Shown one piece after another: positions 27,715 through 40,000 of a stretch of 64,000 nucleotides of DNA. The notes below the pieces were generated by a model. That model had not been told where the DNA came from and made no database searches. It saw only the letters and a program-made list of their open reading frames with translations. Numbering within the stretch: the stretch's first letter is position 1; every line of letters starts with the position of its first letter. The DNA is from Podarcis erhardii (lineage: Eukaryota): the NCBI GenBank assembly GCA_964252035.1, contig OZ176202.1; one strand, 5' to 3'. The translations under genes and the position numbers were made by a program.

Positions 27715-28261
27715 CTTTATACAATGCCTATGCTTTATAGAGACTACCAAGTAATGTAGCCAAGAGGGCTAATACTACACTGTAGAAATTAATTAGGTAA
27801 ACTTCAAAACTAGATATACCCAACTAGACATTCAGGCCTGTACATATATTACCAGTAATAACAACTATATTTTTCTCAAAGTGTGGGATTCACCCAAGTT
27901 TTACTCAGAGCAGACCCACTGAAATTAATGAGCATGATTGTTAGGCCCATTAATTTCAATAGGTTTACTCTGAGTAAAACATAGTTGACTAACACCTATT
28001 TTATTCTGTCCCAGTTGTGTGATGCTGGCCAAATTAATTTACTGCCTTTAAAGGAAGGTGGGTCTTTTACCTGGAACATAACATAGGTGTACTAAATAAC
28101 TCGCCCGCCCCATAAGTACTACTGACCACGCTACTACCATGGGAAATACTCACTCCCTAATAAAACTGGTATATGGTGGGGAAAGGATTGGAAGAGTGTT
28201 GTGTGAAAAGAGAGATAAACAAGGCAGAAGAATGGCAAAAACAGAAATATTAAACACGTAC

Positions 28262-28350
28262 CTATAAGTTCTGTTGGGTTCTTATTACTAAAATGTTCAC
28301 ATATACGAATGAATGTTTCTGTGTTATCAGCTGTGGGGCATTCACCATGC
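28262..28350 (-). CDS. RNGTT: RNGTT exon 4 (89 nt)
   Basis: [30 protein letters not shown]; follows a 79-nt intron; cag acceptor, GTACGT donor. Confidence 0.96.
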
Positions 28351-28429
28351 CTGGCAAAACAAAACAGTCAAAGTTATAGAAACACTCCTCTTGTGTAAAA
28401 GCAAATACTCGTGAATTCAATCAACTTAC

Positions 28430-28533
28430 CCTTTACACTGAAGTTTTATATATGTGATCCCATCCTTCTCTATATCACTCCTGTCATAGAACCTAGTGGT
28501 GTTTGTCAAGTCTATCAGCAGACCCATCTTAAC
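28430..28533 (-). CDS. RNGTT: RNGTT exon 3 (104 nt)
   Basis: [35 protein letters not shown]; cag acceptor, GTAAGT donor. Confidence 0.97.
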
Positions 28534-29052
28534 CTGGAAATAATAAAACCAGTGTTTAAGGCACACACAGTTCTTCCCAGGACTAACTGCCCCCCCCGCC
28601 CCACCCCCCGCCAAAAAAGAACTTATCATTATCAACCACTCCACACTGTCTCAACCCTTCTCCAACTCCTTAATGCTGCTGCTGATAAAAGTGCTTTTAG
28701 CAGTCTCCACCACCACAGCATATTGTGTGATAGAGAGGCTCATCCCAAAAACAGTCTCCTAAGTTTGTGCGCATATTGTTATTTTTTTTACTTTTGCCTC
28801 AAAAGTTAGTTTATTTACCTTCTGTTTGTTATCTTCAGCATGCATATCCTCTGCACATCTAACATACCTTGCCTCACTCCTCTCAAACTAGCAATTCTTT
28901 TGGTTAAAAAATGTAGACATCCACTTTGAGTGTAGACAGTAGTAAAGTGGATTTATAGCCCCAGGCTACCAGGCAAGAATAATAATAAAAAGGAGAGTAC
29001 CAAGAAAGAATTGCATAGCCAAATCTAAATGTGAATTTGAGGCTACATATTT

Positions 29053-29120
29053 GCCTGGCGTGCTCTGGTCCACAGGGTCACGAAAAGTCGGACACGACTA
29101 AACAACTAAACAACAACAAC
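29053..29120 (+). mobile_element. BovB-type RTE LINE 3' terminus
   Basis: gcctggcgtgctctggtccacagggtcacgaaaagtcggacacgactaaacaactaaacaacaacaac matches the recalled BovB 3' end with a (CAA)n tail. Confidence 0.75.
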
Positions 29121-29437
29121 ATATGCTATGGAAGCACGCTGGGCACTTTTCCTCTGATGTGCTGTTGCACATATGCTTACAGAGTTTATACAGTTAATGT
29201 ATAATGTTTCACCAGTGCAAAAGGATAGTGATTCTGTAGAGAAGGTGGCTTATTTCTATCTGTACATCTTCCCTCCGCAATTGTGATTTCCCACTACCAC
29301 TGTCCCCAAATAGCCATTATGTACCACTGTCCCAAACAGCCATTATGTACAATCTTCTATTATTATACTTATCAAAGGGAAGGGGGAATCAAATGTTTAT
29401 GCAGTGAAGGAAACACTTCTTTGGTTTTATTCTTTAC

Positions 29438-29547
29438 CTTAAGACTTTTCAAGTAGTTTGATAACATACTGGGGTGGAAACGATACTCTTCAGCAACTTG
29501 ATCATCATATTTTGGTCCCAACATTGTCTTCAGGGGCAAAAACTTCC
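29438..29547 (-). CDS. RNGTT: RNGTT exon 2 (110 nt)
   Basis: (G)[36 protein letters not shown]; cag acceptor, GTAAAG donor; frame continues from exon 1. Confidence 0.97.
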
Positions 29548-29799
29548 CTGTGTGGCAACAAAATAAAAAAATCTTACGTCTTACAGCACACCTATGGAGT
29601 CATATAAACATGTGCGACCGTTGGCCTGAATCTTTGTTAAAATGCTTTCATGAGAACTGTAGCGGAGGTTGCAAGATTTCGTTTCGGTTTAAAACTAACC
29701 AAAACAAACCAAATTGAAACCCTGGCAGCACCGCCATATCCAGAACGATGAGTAAATGCTTTCATACACCTGTGGGACTCCCAAGTCCTACGTAAATGG

Positions 29800-29967
29800 C
29801 AGTGGCGTAGCGTGGGGGGTGCAGGGGGGCTGGCCGCACCGGGCGCAACATCTGGGTGGGGGGCGCGCTCGCACTCGCAGCTCTCTGCCCCCTGCTAAAA
29901 TCCACGGGTTAGGGGGCACAAATTACTTGCCTTGCCCCGGGTGCTGACAAACCACGCTACGCCACTG
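29800..29967. mobile_element. 168-bp hAT MITE in RNGTT intron 1
   Basis: Perfect 16-bp TIRs cagtggcgtagcgtgg / ccacgctacgccactg; TSD gtaaatgg / gtaaacgg. Confidence 0.85.
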
Positions 29968-30311
29968 GTAAACGGGGAAGCTGCGTGAACCTGATCTGTG
30001 TCTGGACGGGGAGCCCATGTAACCTGCGCACCTGCGTCTGTCCAGGAGAGACTGTGACAATTATCTCTTTGGACTGGAGGAGCGTGAATAAACCCGAGGA
30101 CCTGTCTCCGCGAAGGCCGAGTCTCTCATGGCAAGGATAACAAGGCACCAAGCGGGGCACAAGTCCTCCTCTACCCGCCTGCAACCCACCGATCGCACCG
30201 GGAGGACAGGCGCAAGTGTCCAGAGGCCGGGAGAGGCACGGCTGCTGCGCGCGAAAGCGACGCCTGTCCCGCCCTGCCGTCACCTCACCGGCCACCCCGA
30301 TCTCCGCTCAC

Positions 30312-30375
30312 CTGCCACGGGCTGCCCGCGCCTCGGGCAGCTCAGCCACCGCGGCGGGATCTTGTTGAAAGACAT
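30312..30375 (-). CDS. RNGTT: mRNA capping enzyme (RNA triphosphatase/guanylyltransferase), exon 1
   Basis: [22 protein letters not shown] matches the vertebrate RNGTT N-terminus (human [22 protein letters not shown]). Kozak context gccgccATG, donor G|GTGAG, inside a CpG island. Confidence 0.97.
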
Positions 30376-32243
30376 GGCGGCCCCGAGGCCGGAAGACTCA
30401 CGCAGCCGCCTCGCTTCTCCGGGAGGCAGGACTCCCTGACAGCTCCCCCTCCCGCGCCAGTAGCAGCGGCGGCGGCGGCAGCAGCAGCCCCAGCCACTTC
30501 GCACGGAAGCCGCCAGACCACAATGCACCGCGGCCGAGAGCGGCCGGTTCCGCTTCCGGGATCCATCGAGCTTGCGGCTTGCTCTGGCCACTCTAGGAAG
30601 AAAGGAGGGGGTGTCCCGTCCTCTCTGTGGCAGCGCGGTTGTCAAAGCGGAGACGCCGCCCTTCTTCCCATAGAAGTACGAAACATGCAGAGGAATACCT
30701 CGGGCTTGAAGGAGCGGGGAGTCATTATTAACTCGCTGTATTGCGGTGGGTTTTCAAGTAAAATATGGTTTCTGCAAGCAAGGGGTTTTAATTTAATAAA
30801 GTTTATACTGTACTGTACTGTACCGTAAAATACATATAGAGTGGGATTTAACGTAGCTCACCCTAACCCCGCAGAGAGGACTGGGGAGGCGGCGGAAAAA
30901 GGGAGGTCCCGTTGCGCCATATGTTATTTTAATAGACTAAGTTAAATTTGCACGCAACTACTGGATCCCGTCCAGCTTTGCTGGAAGGCGATGCGTCTTA
31001 ACATCGTCTCGCTCCTCGCACCAAAAATGGGCGCCCTGTCCAATATTAGACTGCTTCTTGTGGCAATGCAATTGTGTTAACAGGACACGTTTAAGATGTA
31101 AGTTGCGTTTTAAAAAATAATAAATAAATCCCACAAAGAAGACCTGAGTTTGAAAGTAAATCGTAGACTTTTCCGTTGTCTCCTGTGTGCAGCTTTCACT
31201 TTTACTGTTTTAGCAAGCCTGGAGGGCAGAGAAACAGTCTAGGCTTTTGCAAGAGACTCAAATTACTTTTGAGCCATCAAAAGCATTGGGGAACCCCCTT
31301 CTGAAGACCAAGAAACGGCCAGGCTAAAAAAAAATAAAAACAGGGTTACTATGTGTCCCCTTTTTCTAAGACACATCCTCGTTTTCAGACAATTTGAGAC
31401 AAATTGCATTTATGTGCTTAGCAAAGTGCTGTCGGTGGAATCTGCTCAGGAGCAGGTGCTGGGGCAGCGCCTCAAAGCCATCTTCCAAGCACTGGCATTT
31501 ACTGCCACTTGCCTGGGCGGTGCAGTGGCGAGACAAGGTGGTGGTGAGGTCAGGGATGCACCTGTAGAGCCCATCCAGCACTCTCACCCATGTGCTTATG
31601 CAGCCTTATGCACCATTCAGGTAAACAGTGACCACACCATGGTCAGGATGGTGACACTGTGATGCCACTCCTATGTGGGTTAGTCCTAAGTGCAGCGGGG
31701 GGGGGGTGGCTTCCACCAGCTGAATGGCAGCCACCCAAACTCAATGTTATATTGTGGGAGAGAACAGGCATTGTAAGGCACATGGGCTAAAACTGATACC
31801 ACTTTGAAAAAACTACCAATTATCCATTATGAATACATAAAAAAACAAATACAACCCCACGGAAATTCAGACACAACGTCCTTATTCCACACTGATACTT
31901 CAACTTCAAATTAGCCATCATCCTCCAATCATAAGGAAGCTTTATATAAAATCATGGAACCACTAAAAATTAAGCATAATCTCAGGGGCGGGGGCCAAAG
32001 TGGGTGTCTCCTGTGTCTTCATAACTGTTTAGTTTTAACTTTTTATGTTTGCTACCCTGGACTCCTTTGGGAGGAAGGGCAGGATAGGAATTTAAAACAA
32101 TAAGTGTGTCTTTAATTTTAACTACTGCCAATATAGTTCATTAGCTGGATCAGGGTTCACATTGTTTTGGAGTCAAGTCTACGTGCACACAAAACAAAAC
32201 AAAAATACCCTGATCCTTAATGTTTGATTTAAATGCAGCCTTC

Positions 32244-32261
32244 AGTCAGTAGGTGGCGCAA
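32244..32261 (+). promoter_or_regulatory. Candidate CTCF site
   Basis: agTCAGTAGGTGGCGCAa fits the CCAGYAGRKGGCRC consensus and lies in AT-rich unique sequence. Confidence 0.55.
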
Positions 32262-33862
32262 AGATTTCACATACTCACACAACATTAATTGCAAAGCTTC
32301 ATCTCATTGGTGTATGAATAAAGCACAATCCATAAACACGTAATATATTAAAAACAGGAAGGAAAGAAACAATTGTCAAATGATTCATCAGCAGATTTCA
32401 AAATGCTGTATCAGGTTTCAGCCTCCAACACCAAATGCCTTTGTAAAGAAATGTCTTTAGATAGCAACAAAAAGTCAGTACAGTAATGAGGGGGACAACT
32501 GTATCTCCATAATGTAAGAAGAAGAAACATGATTTGAACTGGTTTTAAGGGAAAATTCCCTGAAGATCAGACTTATAAAGCAACAGGAAAAGTTAAAATA
32601 ATTATTAGCATTCTGTGGGGGTTTAATAATAATTTTTAAAGGACTTTAACTATTAATATTAAGCTATACAAATAAAATGCTCTAGAGGAGGTTATTGAAA
32701 GAGCAAACATTGTGTTTGTACTATTTATGTTGACTCTAAAACTCAGCCTTCAAGAAGGTAAACAACGGAACTATTGCTTTCAGGAATGTGACCTACTTTC
32801 CAGACCTTGTTGACACTAGAAGATAGCTGCCTGACCTTGAAACAGTTGGCATTGGCAACGGGCCCAACCATTGCTTCCCTAAACACAGTTCAGCTGTCCA
32901 AGGAACTAAGTGTAAAGCATGCCCATGTCTATTCTAGAAATCACGGCTGAGGCCTATGATCCCAGTGGTTCTGTTTTGAACATAATGTGCTCAGCTGCAT
33001 TAGCTGCCAGCCCAAAGTAAATGTGACTGCTATGTGGGAATAAAGAAGGCCTCACGTACGAATACTGAGGGAGGGCAGCACAATGTGACACATACATATA
33101 CATATACACGCACACACCCCTACCTATATTTCAATCCACATGTCTCCATTACTTAGGAATACATTCAGGACTGGCCCAAGCTATTTTGCTGCCAGATGCT
33201 GATGTTTCACCCTCCTAGCAACAGCTATTTACCTCAGGTTCCTCAAAGAAGCCACCCCAAGTCTTCCAAAGCTTTGCCAAGCCTGTGGCAAAGACTTGGC
33301 CGGGTTATAATTGTGAGAGGCCTTTATAATCTATGGTTGGCTGCTGCTTCGTATGGTGCCACAGTTGCTGTTCAATCTCTCTGGATTCTTGACAGTTATG
33401 GAGTGCCTGTCAAGCATCTTGCACTTCTTGATTTCTGTTTTGTTTGAAATACATGTTTCACAGCCCAGCAGTGTGAGCCTGAGGGCTCGGACAGCTGTCA
33501 TGGTACAGTCATTCTAGCAGGACAGGAGGAGCTCATTGCTCATTGCACTATGCCTCCCAATCCCATTCCCTGAGACAATACATTGTGACTAATGGTAGGG
33601 TAGGCAGAGATCTGGTTTTAGAGCAATGGAGTATGTTATTACCAGATTTGCTAGTGAACCACTGCACACATGTATGCACGTCCTACAAGTGTTTGGTCCA
33701 AAAGTCTAATTTTGAGGAATTAGCAATACTGTTCTTGGGATCTTTACTGGAAATGGAAATGGAAACTAGAAAGACAGACAGAATTTCAATGACTTTGATA
33801 ACTTTGCTTAATTTAGGGGTTTGATGCAGACCAATCTTAGCTTCCTTGCGCCAGAGAGTAAT

Positions 33863-34235
33863 AAGGTAAAGGACCCCTGGATGGTTAAGTCCAGTCAAAC
33901 GCGACTATGGGATTGCGGCACTCATCTCACAGGCCGAGGAAGCCGTTGTTTGTCAACAGACAGCCTTCCAGGTCATGTGTCCAGCATGACTAAGCTGCTT
34001 CTGGTGCAATGGAACACCGTGATGGAAGCCAGAGCGCATGGAAACACTGTTTACCTTCCCGCCGCAGCGATACCTATTTATCTACTTGCACAGGCATGCT
34101 TTCAAACTGCTAGGTTGGCAGGAGCTGGGACAGAGCAACAGGAGTGCACCCCGTCATGGGGATTCAAACTGCCAGCCTTCTGATCAGCAAGCCCAAGAGG
34201 CTCGGTCATTTAGACCACAGCGCCACCCACGTCCC
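33863..34235 (-). mobile_element. Sauria SINE (Squam1)
   Basis: Minus strand starts GGGACGTGGGTGGCGCTGTGGTCTAAATG, has a B box GTTTGAATCCC and an ACCTTT-type tail (plus strand aaggtaaagg). Confidence 0.9.
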
Positions 34236-34605
34236 AGTGCCAGTAATGAACACAACTTAGCTGCAGTTATAATAATTATTCATAAATAAATGCTTAAAGG
34301 TGACAGTATGCAAATCTAAAATAATTCAATAGCAGCTGCAGAAAAACACAGAAAAGGATGGGTTTAATATTCCACAGGCAAGCTCACCCACGCCTTGCCT
34401 GGACCATTTACTTAATTGTTATTGCGGTGATAGAGAAGCGAGACTAAAAGTAGCAAATTGCCTAATAAGGAACCATGAGACAAAGTCTTCAAAGACCCAG
34501 ATTTGCTGAGCAGAAAGTAAAAGAAACAGGAAGGCGAAAAGGTTATATGCAAAGTAGTAGTTCTCCTGTCTCTGGAGAGCCTGATTAGTGTGGAACTGGG
34601 GGAAA

Positions 34606-34824
34606 TAGTCATACCTCTGGTTGCGAACAAGATCCGTGCAGGAGGCATATTCACAACCCGCAGTGTTTGTAGCCTGAAGCATCGCGTCTGCACATGCACA
34701 TGGTGTCATTTTGCGCTTCTGTGCATGTGTGAGTGCATGTGTGAGTATGAGTACTTCTGGGTTTGGCACAGTCCGCAACCCGAAAATGCACAACTCGCAG
34801 CGTTTTTAACCCAAGGTAAGACTG
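34606..34824. mobile_element. Tc1/mariner MITE (same family as 63245-63470, opposite orientation)
   Basis: tagtcatacctc ... aacccaaggtaagactg-TA; the interior is the reverse complement of the 63.3-kb copy. Confidence 0.65.
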
Positions 34825-35089
34825 TACAGAAGAGAGGCAATTAGAAGAGTTGGAACACCAATATTAGCGGCCCTGCAATAAGAGATAATAAGGGAATCAG
34901 CTTGGTTTCTTCACTTTTAAGGGATCCACAGAGACTGAATTAGAACTAAACCAATTGTGACTTCATTATGGGTCTGCAGTGGACTCAGCGTGCCTGTAAA
35001 CAATCGAGGACAATGCCTGCCACTTCCCTTTACCGTGAGAACAGTTCTCCTGGATCTGACAGAGGCCCCTCTTGTCCAGAATTCTGTTT

Positions 35090-36470
35090 TCACACTGGCC
35101 AACTAGAGGCCTATGGGAAGCTCACAAGCAGGACATGAGCAGAACTGTATTCTGCTCCCTTGTATCCCAGATAAACTTATATTCAGATGTCTATAATATT
35201 GGAGATAGTTCTTACACCACCACCATGACTAGTAGCTACCAATAGCCTTGTCCTCCATAAATTTATCTAACCCAGGAGTCACCAAGCTTTTCAGACTAGT
35301 GGAGAAGCATGGCAGACAACAAAATTAGAGAAACCATCATCCCACCCCCACAACCTTATGCTTACCATGGAAAGTCCGCTATGTCCTGCTGGTCCTGATA
35401 ATGGAGATCACACACATGCAGACATACAGACAGATGCTGTTGCTGTCTAATAACAGGGGATATACACAAGGTATCCTCACCACTCTTACTTTGCAGAAAT
35501 TGCTTAGAAAGCACGGGCAACTCACAACTTATGAGAATTTAACTTATGCACATTCGGCTTTAATAATCTGCTGCTTGAAGAAGCACTTCTTTTATCTGTT
35601 CTGCATCTTCCGAAGTTCAGTTTTATTAGATGGCCCCAGGTTCTAATACTATGAGAAAGGACCAATCCACTTTCTCCTCACCATACACAATCTTCTATAT
35701 TTGTCAATGCCCCTGTCCCTCACAATTTTTCTAGACTAAAAAGCACCCAAATGTTGTAACCTTGTTTTAATCACTCTGAACAATTCAGTGTCATTAGCAA
35801 ATTCGCCACCTCACTTCTCATCCTAACTCTACATCATTTAAGAACATGTTAAAAACTACAAGTCCCAGTACAGATATTTGGGAAAAACTACTTCTTTCAT
35901 CTCTCCATTGTGAGAACTGTCAATTTAGCCTTACTCTCTGTTTCCTGTTCTTTAATCAGTAACTGATCTGTAAGATGACCTGTCCCCTTATCCATGACCA
36001 CTAAACTTACTCAGAAGTGTTTGGTAATATGACTGTATGAAAAGTTTTTTGGAAGTCCAAGTACACTGTGATTACCGCACCACCCTATTTATGTACTTAT
36101 TGATACTCTTAAATATCTCTAAAGGGTTATCAGACTTACTGTTACAGAAACCATGCTGGTTCTTCTGGCTTTGTTCTTAAAGAACCATGCTTGATCATGT
36201 TATCTTTAAAAATTCTTTCCTTCAGTTTTCTCAAAACAGAAGCTAACCTGCCTGTAATTTCCCAGATCCTGCTCCAGATCCCTTTCCTTACAGATGTTAC
36301 ATTATCCGCTTTCCAGTTCTCAGGCACAAAAGCAGATTTTAGGGATAAGTTACATATTTTTGTCAGAAGATCAGCAATTTCACATTTCAGTTCTTTAAGA
36401 AATCTTGAGTGGATGCCATTTATACCAAGTGCTTTTGAGACATACAAAATAAAGGGGCAGGTGTCTTCAT
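35090..36470 (-). mobile_element. Interrupted CR1 LINE including an RT N-terminal part
   Basis: ORF 36142..36489 gives GIHSRFLKELKCEIADLLTKICNLSLKSAFVPENWKADNV (CR1 RT signature). A CR1 3' end at 35090-35275 resembles the 20.4-kb copy. Confidence 0.8.
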
Positions 36471-36867
36471 CAGTTTTTCCACTGTGCAAACAGAAGACAG
36501 GAATAAACGCTTCGAGGCAAGGTTAGGAAAATTAAGAGGCAGCTGTGAGAACAAGACTACAGGCGCCACACTAAAAGGAGAAATTTGTGGAGGAGTATAC
36601 ACTCTGGCAAGAAAGGATCAAGTGAAAATCCCCAACTCCTCTCTAAATCCCTGGGCCCAGCTCAAGAAAGTGAGAGGGAAGTGTGCTGATGAACAATTTA
36701 AGTGGACAAATGGAGCTTCCCCAGTCTATCATGTATCACCTTACTAGTTTGAGGACTGTACAGACTATTGGAACTGAATTGTGGTCCCAATTGTCTCAAG
36801 GTGAGAAAAACATTCAAGATGTCTGCTTCAGTATTCTGTAATTAAGATGAAATTTTCTTTCAATGTA

Positions 36868-37078
36868 CATTAAGCCTGCAGCTTTACGCACGTTTAACTT
36901 GCACACATTCAGCTTTACACACTTGGTTTAAAAATATATAAAAGGGGATGGGAGTCGAGGAAAAAAAGACTTTGGCAATTCCACCCGCCATTGCATCTGA
37001 TGTGTTTTGGTTATACACAATTTTGGCTTTAGGTGCGAACCCCAGGATGTAATCCCTGTGTAAATTGTTGGCTTACTG
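36868..37078. mobile_element. Tc1/mariner MITE
   Basis: TA-cattaagcctgcagcttta ... taaattgttggcttactg-TA; a related reversed copy lies at 42816-43009. Confidence 0.6.
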
Positions 37079-40000
37079 TATTGTTTATTTCCCTTGCTTT
37101 TTCCCTATTTGTCACAAGCCATGTAGAAGTACTAATGGGATTACACTGCTTTTGATAGCATAACATACAAACATTACAAGAAAACGAAAGAAAAACTCTC
37201 TGCTACAATATTGCATAAAAGAATAAGGAAGTAAATAGTTTCTGGCTGGAGGAGTATGTGAGGAAAATTGCCCATGAGAAGGGAGCAAGCTTACAACATG
37301 CCTTTCCATACTGCTTAATTTTGTCTAATCTTAGGACTCAAAATAAGCTATCTCATAAATGTACACTGAATAGTTAAATATCCTAACTATGTGCCACTGT
37401 CTCACTCATTCCCAAATCAGGAATTTCCAAAGCAGAAGCAAATTAAGGCTCCTGGAGTGTTTGCATGATGTTGCTTCCATTCAAAACTGAAACTGGGTCA
37501 AATATTTCCTTTTCCCTCCCCCCCCCCCCCCCCGCTTCCTGCTGCATATTTTCTAATGGGAAAAAAAACCTAAAAACAGCAGGATGTACCCCCCCAGCAA
37601 AGCTGGTTTCCGGATAATCCATTTTCTGCTGCTCTATCGCATATATTCTGTGAGGCCAATAGAGCTTCTCTCTTCGAATGACGCATGAATGTTGCAATCG
37701 GGACTTTTCCCAGTAATACGTAAATGCCAGCAATAATCCACAAGCTTTGCAGTTTCACTTCTGTCTGAACACAAAGAGGAAAACCCACCCCTTGAGCATA
37801 CTTGAATGGATATTCTGTCCCATCTTGCTCAGTTTAAGGTTCTGATACATATCTACACAGAAATACTTTTCCAATGAAATGCAATTTACTAAGGCAACCT
37901 CCCATAAAAATCTAAATTAGCTACAGTTAAGATTTCAGCTTGGTATTATTTAAAAAAAGAAATCCTAAATTGTTTTATTTCTGTCTTTGAGCTTCAAGAA
38001 GCAGATCCCGAAGATAATAAAATAATGTCCATACTTTCCTCTAGGGAGGGAATATCTGTATCACAATGTGGTGTTAGAAGAAAAATACTGCTCCCTTTCC
38101 CTTATGAGGTATCTAAGAGCCCATATAGAGTCCTTAAGTAGGTTTTCTATTGGTAGGAGAAAATAACAGAGGCCAACCAGAGAATATTGAGAAGCTAAGC
38201 AGCTAGTAAGCATGATCTTTATTAAACTGTTGCAACAGGGTCCCCTGCTCACCCCACACAGGGAGGGAGGAGAGGAACCTAGAAGAAATGTGTGCAAGCT
38301 CTTATATAGAAATTTGAAAATTATTAAAACAGCAGCAAGAAGCAAGAAGTTGATTGGATCCCCTTCGGAACTTGAAATATGGGTACCCCCAACAAAAATT
38401 TAAAATTTGGCTGTGTAATTTGGAATTTATGTAATTTCGTTTGATTTGATGTGATTGGTCGGTTAATAAAAAATTATTCTTAAAAAAAAAAAGAAATTTG
38501 AAAATTGCCTCCCCTGCAGCTCAAGACCACACCCCCCAAAAAATCATACATACATCACTGAAGGGGCAGTCAACAGCAGAAAACCTGTCTGACCTGATAA
38601 TGGTCACTGATTGCTTTTACCTGGGCATCCTAGCCATTCTTTTGTGATGGTAAACATTTAGTTCCTGAATCCAGGTCACAGGCTCACACTATTCATACGC
38701 AGATACGCCCTTAAGACAGAATATGTGAACAAAGAGACAATGGGGAGGGTTTTCCCATTTCCTTCCTATGAACATATGATTTATACAATATATATGAGAC
38801 CTTAGAATTCCTGCAACAGTGGTAATAACAAGCAAGTTGACAATATTGTTTGAAAGCTTCCAAAGCAAAAAGTGTTTTTCTGCTCCAGAATCTCTCATTT
38901 TGCTAATCTCTGATTTCAAACAAACACTTATAAATACAATTCCAAAACCAGCCTTGTTAAACCAAACAAAATGCTACAAAATAGCATGCAGGCTTTCCAT
39001 TCTCCATCCACCTTCAGGCTGGGTGGATAGTAAACAAAACAGAGCAAGGAAAAAAACATTGGCTGTTGCTGCAGCCATGAATGAGGCCTGCAGCCTTAAG
39101 ATGAAATGAGGGAAAGAGACAGCAGACATTTAAATGAGGCACTATTAATAAGGCAGTCTTGTCGGTTTCAGATTGCACCAGGGGATGCTGCGAAAAATAA
39201 ACAGGCTATGGTTGAATACCCGGTAATTCTTTTTTTTAACCCACCATGCCATCTAAAACGAATCTCCATCTTTGCTGATATACAAACTCTGTTTTTCCGC
39301 ATTCATATATACTTAGAAGAATCAACTTTGTACTATCAACCTAATCCTTCCTTCCTTTGCTGTTACTTGGAAAAAAACAAGAGCCAAATTATCAGCACAG
39401 AATAATAGAAGTAGCTTTAACCAGGCAGCTTTGCGGGGCAGGGGGTGGGGTTTCCCCTAGGATGTCATGTGTATTTCATACCAATTACATCACCCCTTTC
39501 TCCATATCACCTGAGGCTGTCATTTAGTGTTCTTGCATATAATCCTCAAGAGCAAGCCTAGGCAGCAGCTGCTTAATTTTCTTCTAACAGCCTTTAATTT
39601 ATAGCAGACAACCCCCTTATCGGTATACTTTCAAAGTGCTCAACATATGTAATTTAGGGTTGCAACATGTTTCTAATTGTCAAATATTTAAATTGCATCA
39701 GAGTCTCTTATTACTTCATGTAACAGGGAAAAATATATTCTGTTAAAGGATGCGGTCATATTTAGCACTTGGCAAAATTACAGCTGTATATATCAAAGAC
39801 TTCAGCTTGTAAAATCTGTTCCCCAACTTAAAGGTTCAGAGAAATAGACAATTCTAGCATCAAAGGTATTCCATGCAAACAGCAACAAGGAGGGGAAGGA
39901 CAAGGGAGACACTGTGAATGAGATAATTACTGGAACCGTTTTAAGGAAATACTGTAATGTAAAATCAGAGAGATTAAGATATTTTATAGTAGCAAAAAAC

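Larger units (their letters stand above)
29790..30760 (-). promoter_or_regulatory. CpG island / RNGTT promoter
   Basis: High GC and CpG around exon 1. ETS-like TTCCGCTTCCGG at about 30548-30559 and ZNF143/SBS-like ACCACAATGCACCGCGG at about 30517-30533. Confidence 0.8.

Noticed and set aside
29957-30828. Cluster of overlapping 70-120 aa ORFs
   Set aside because: Stop-poor CpG island around RNGTT exon 1; only the 64-nt exon is supported.
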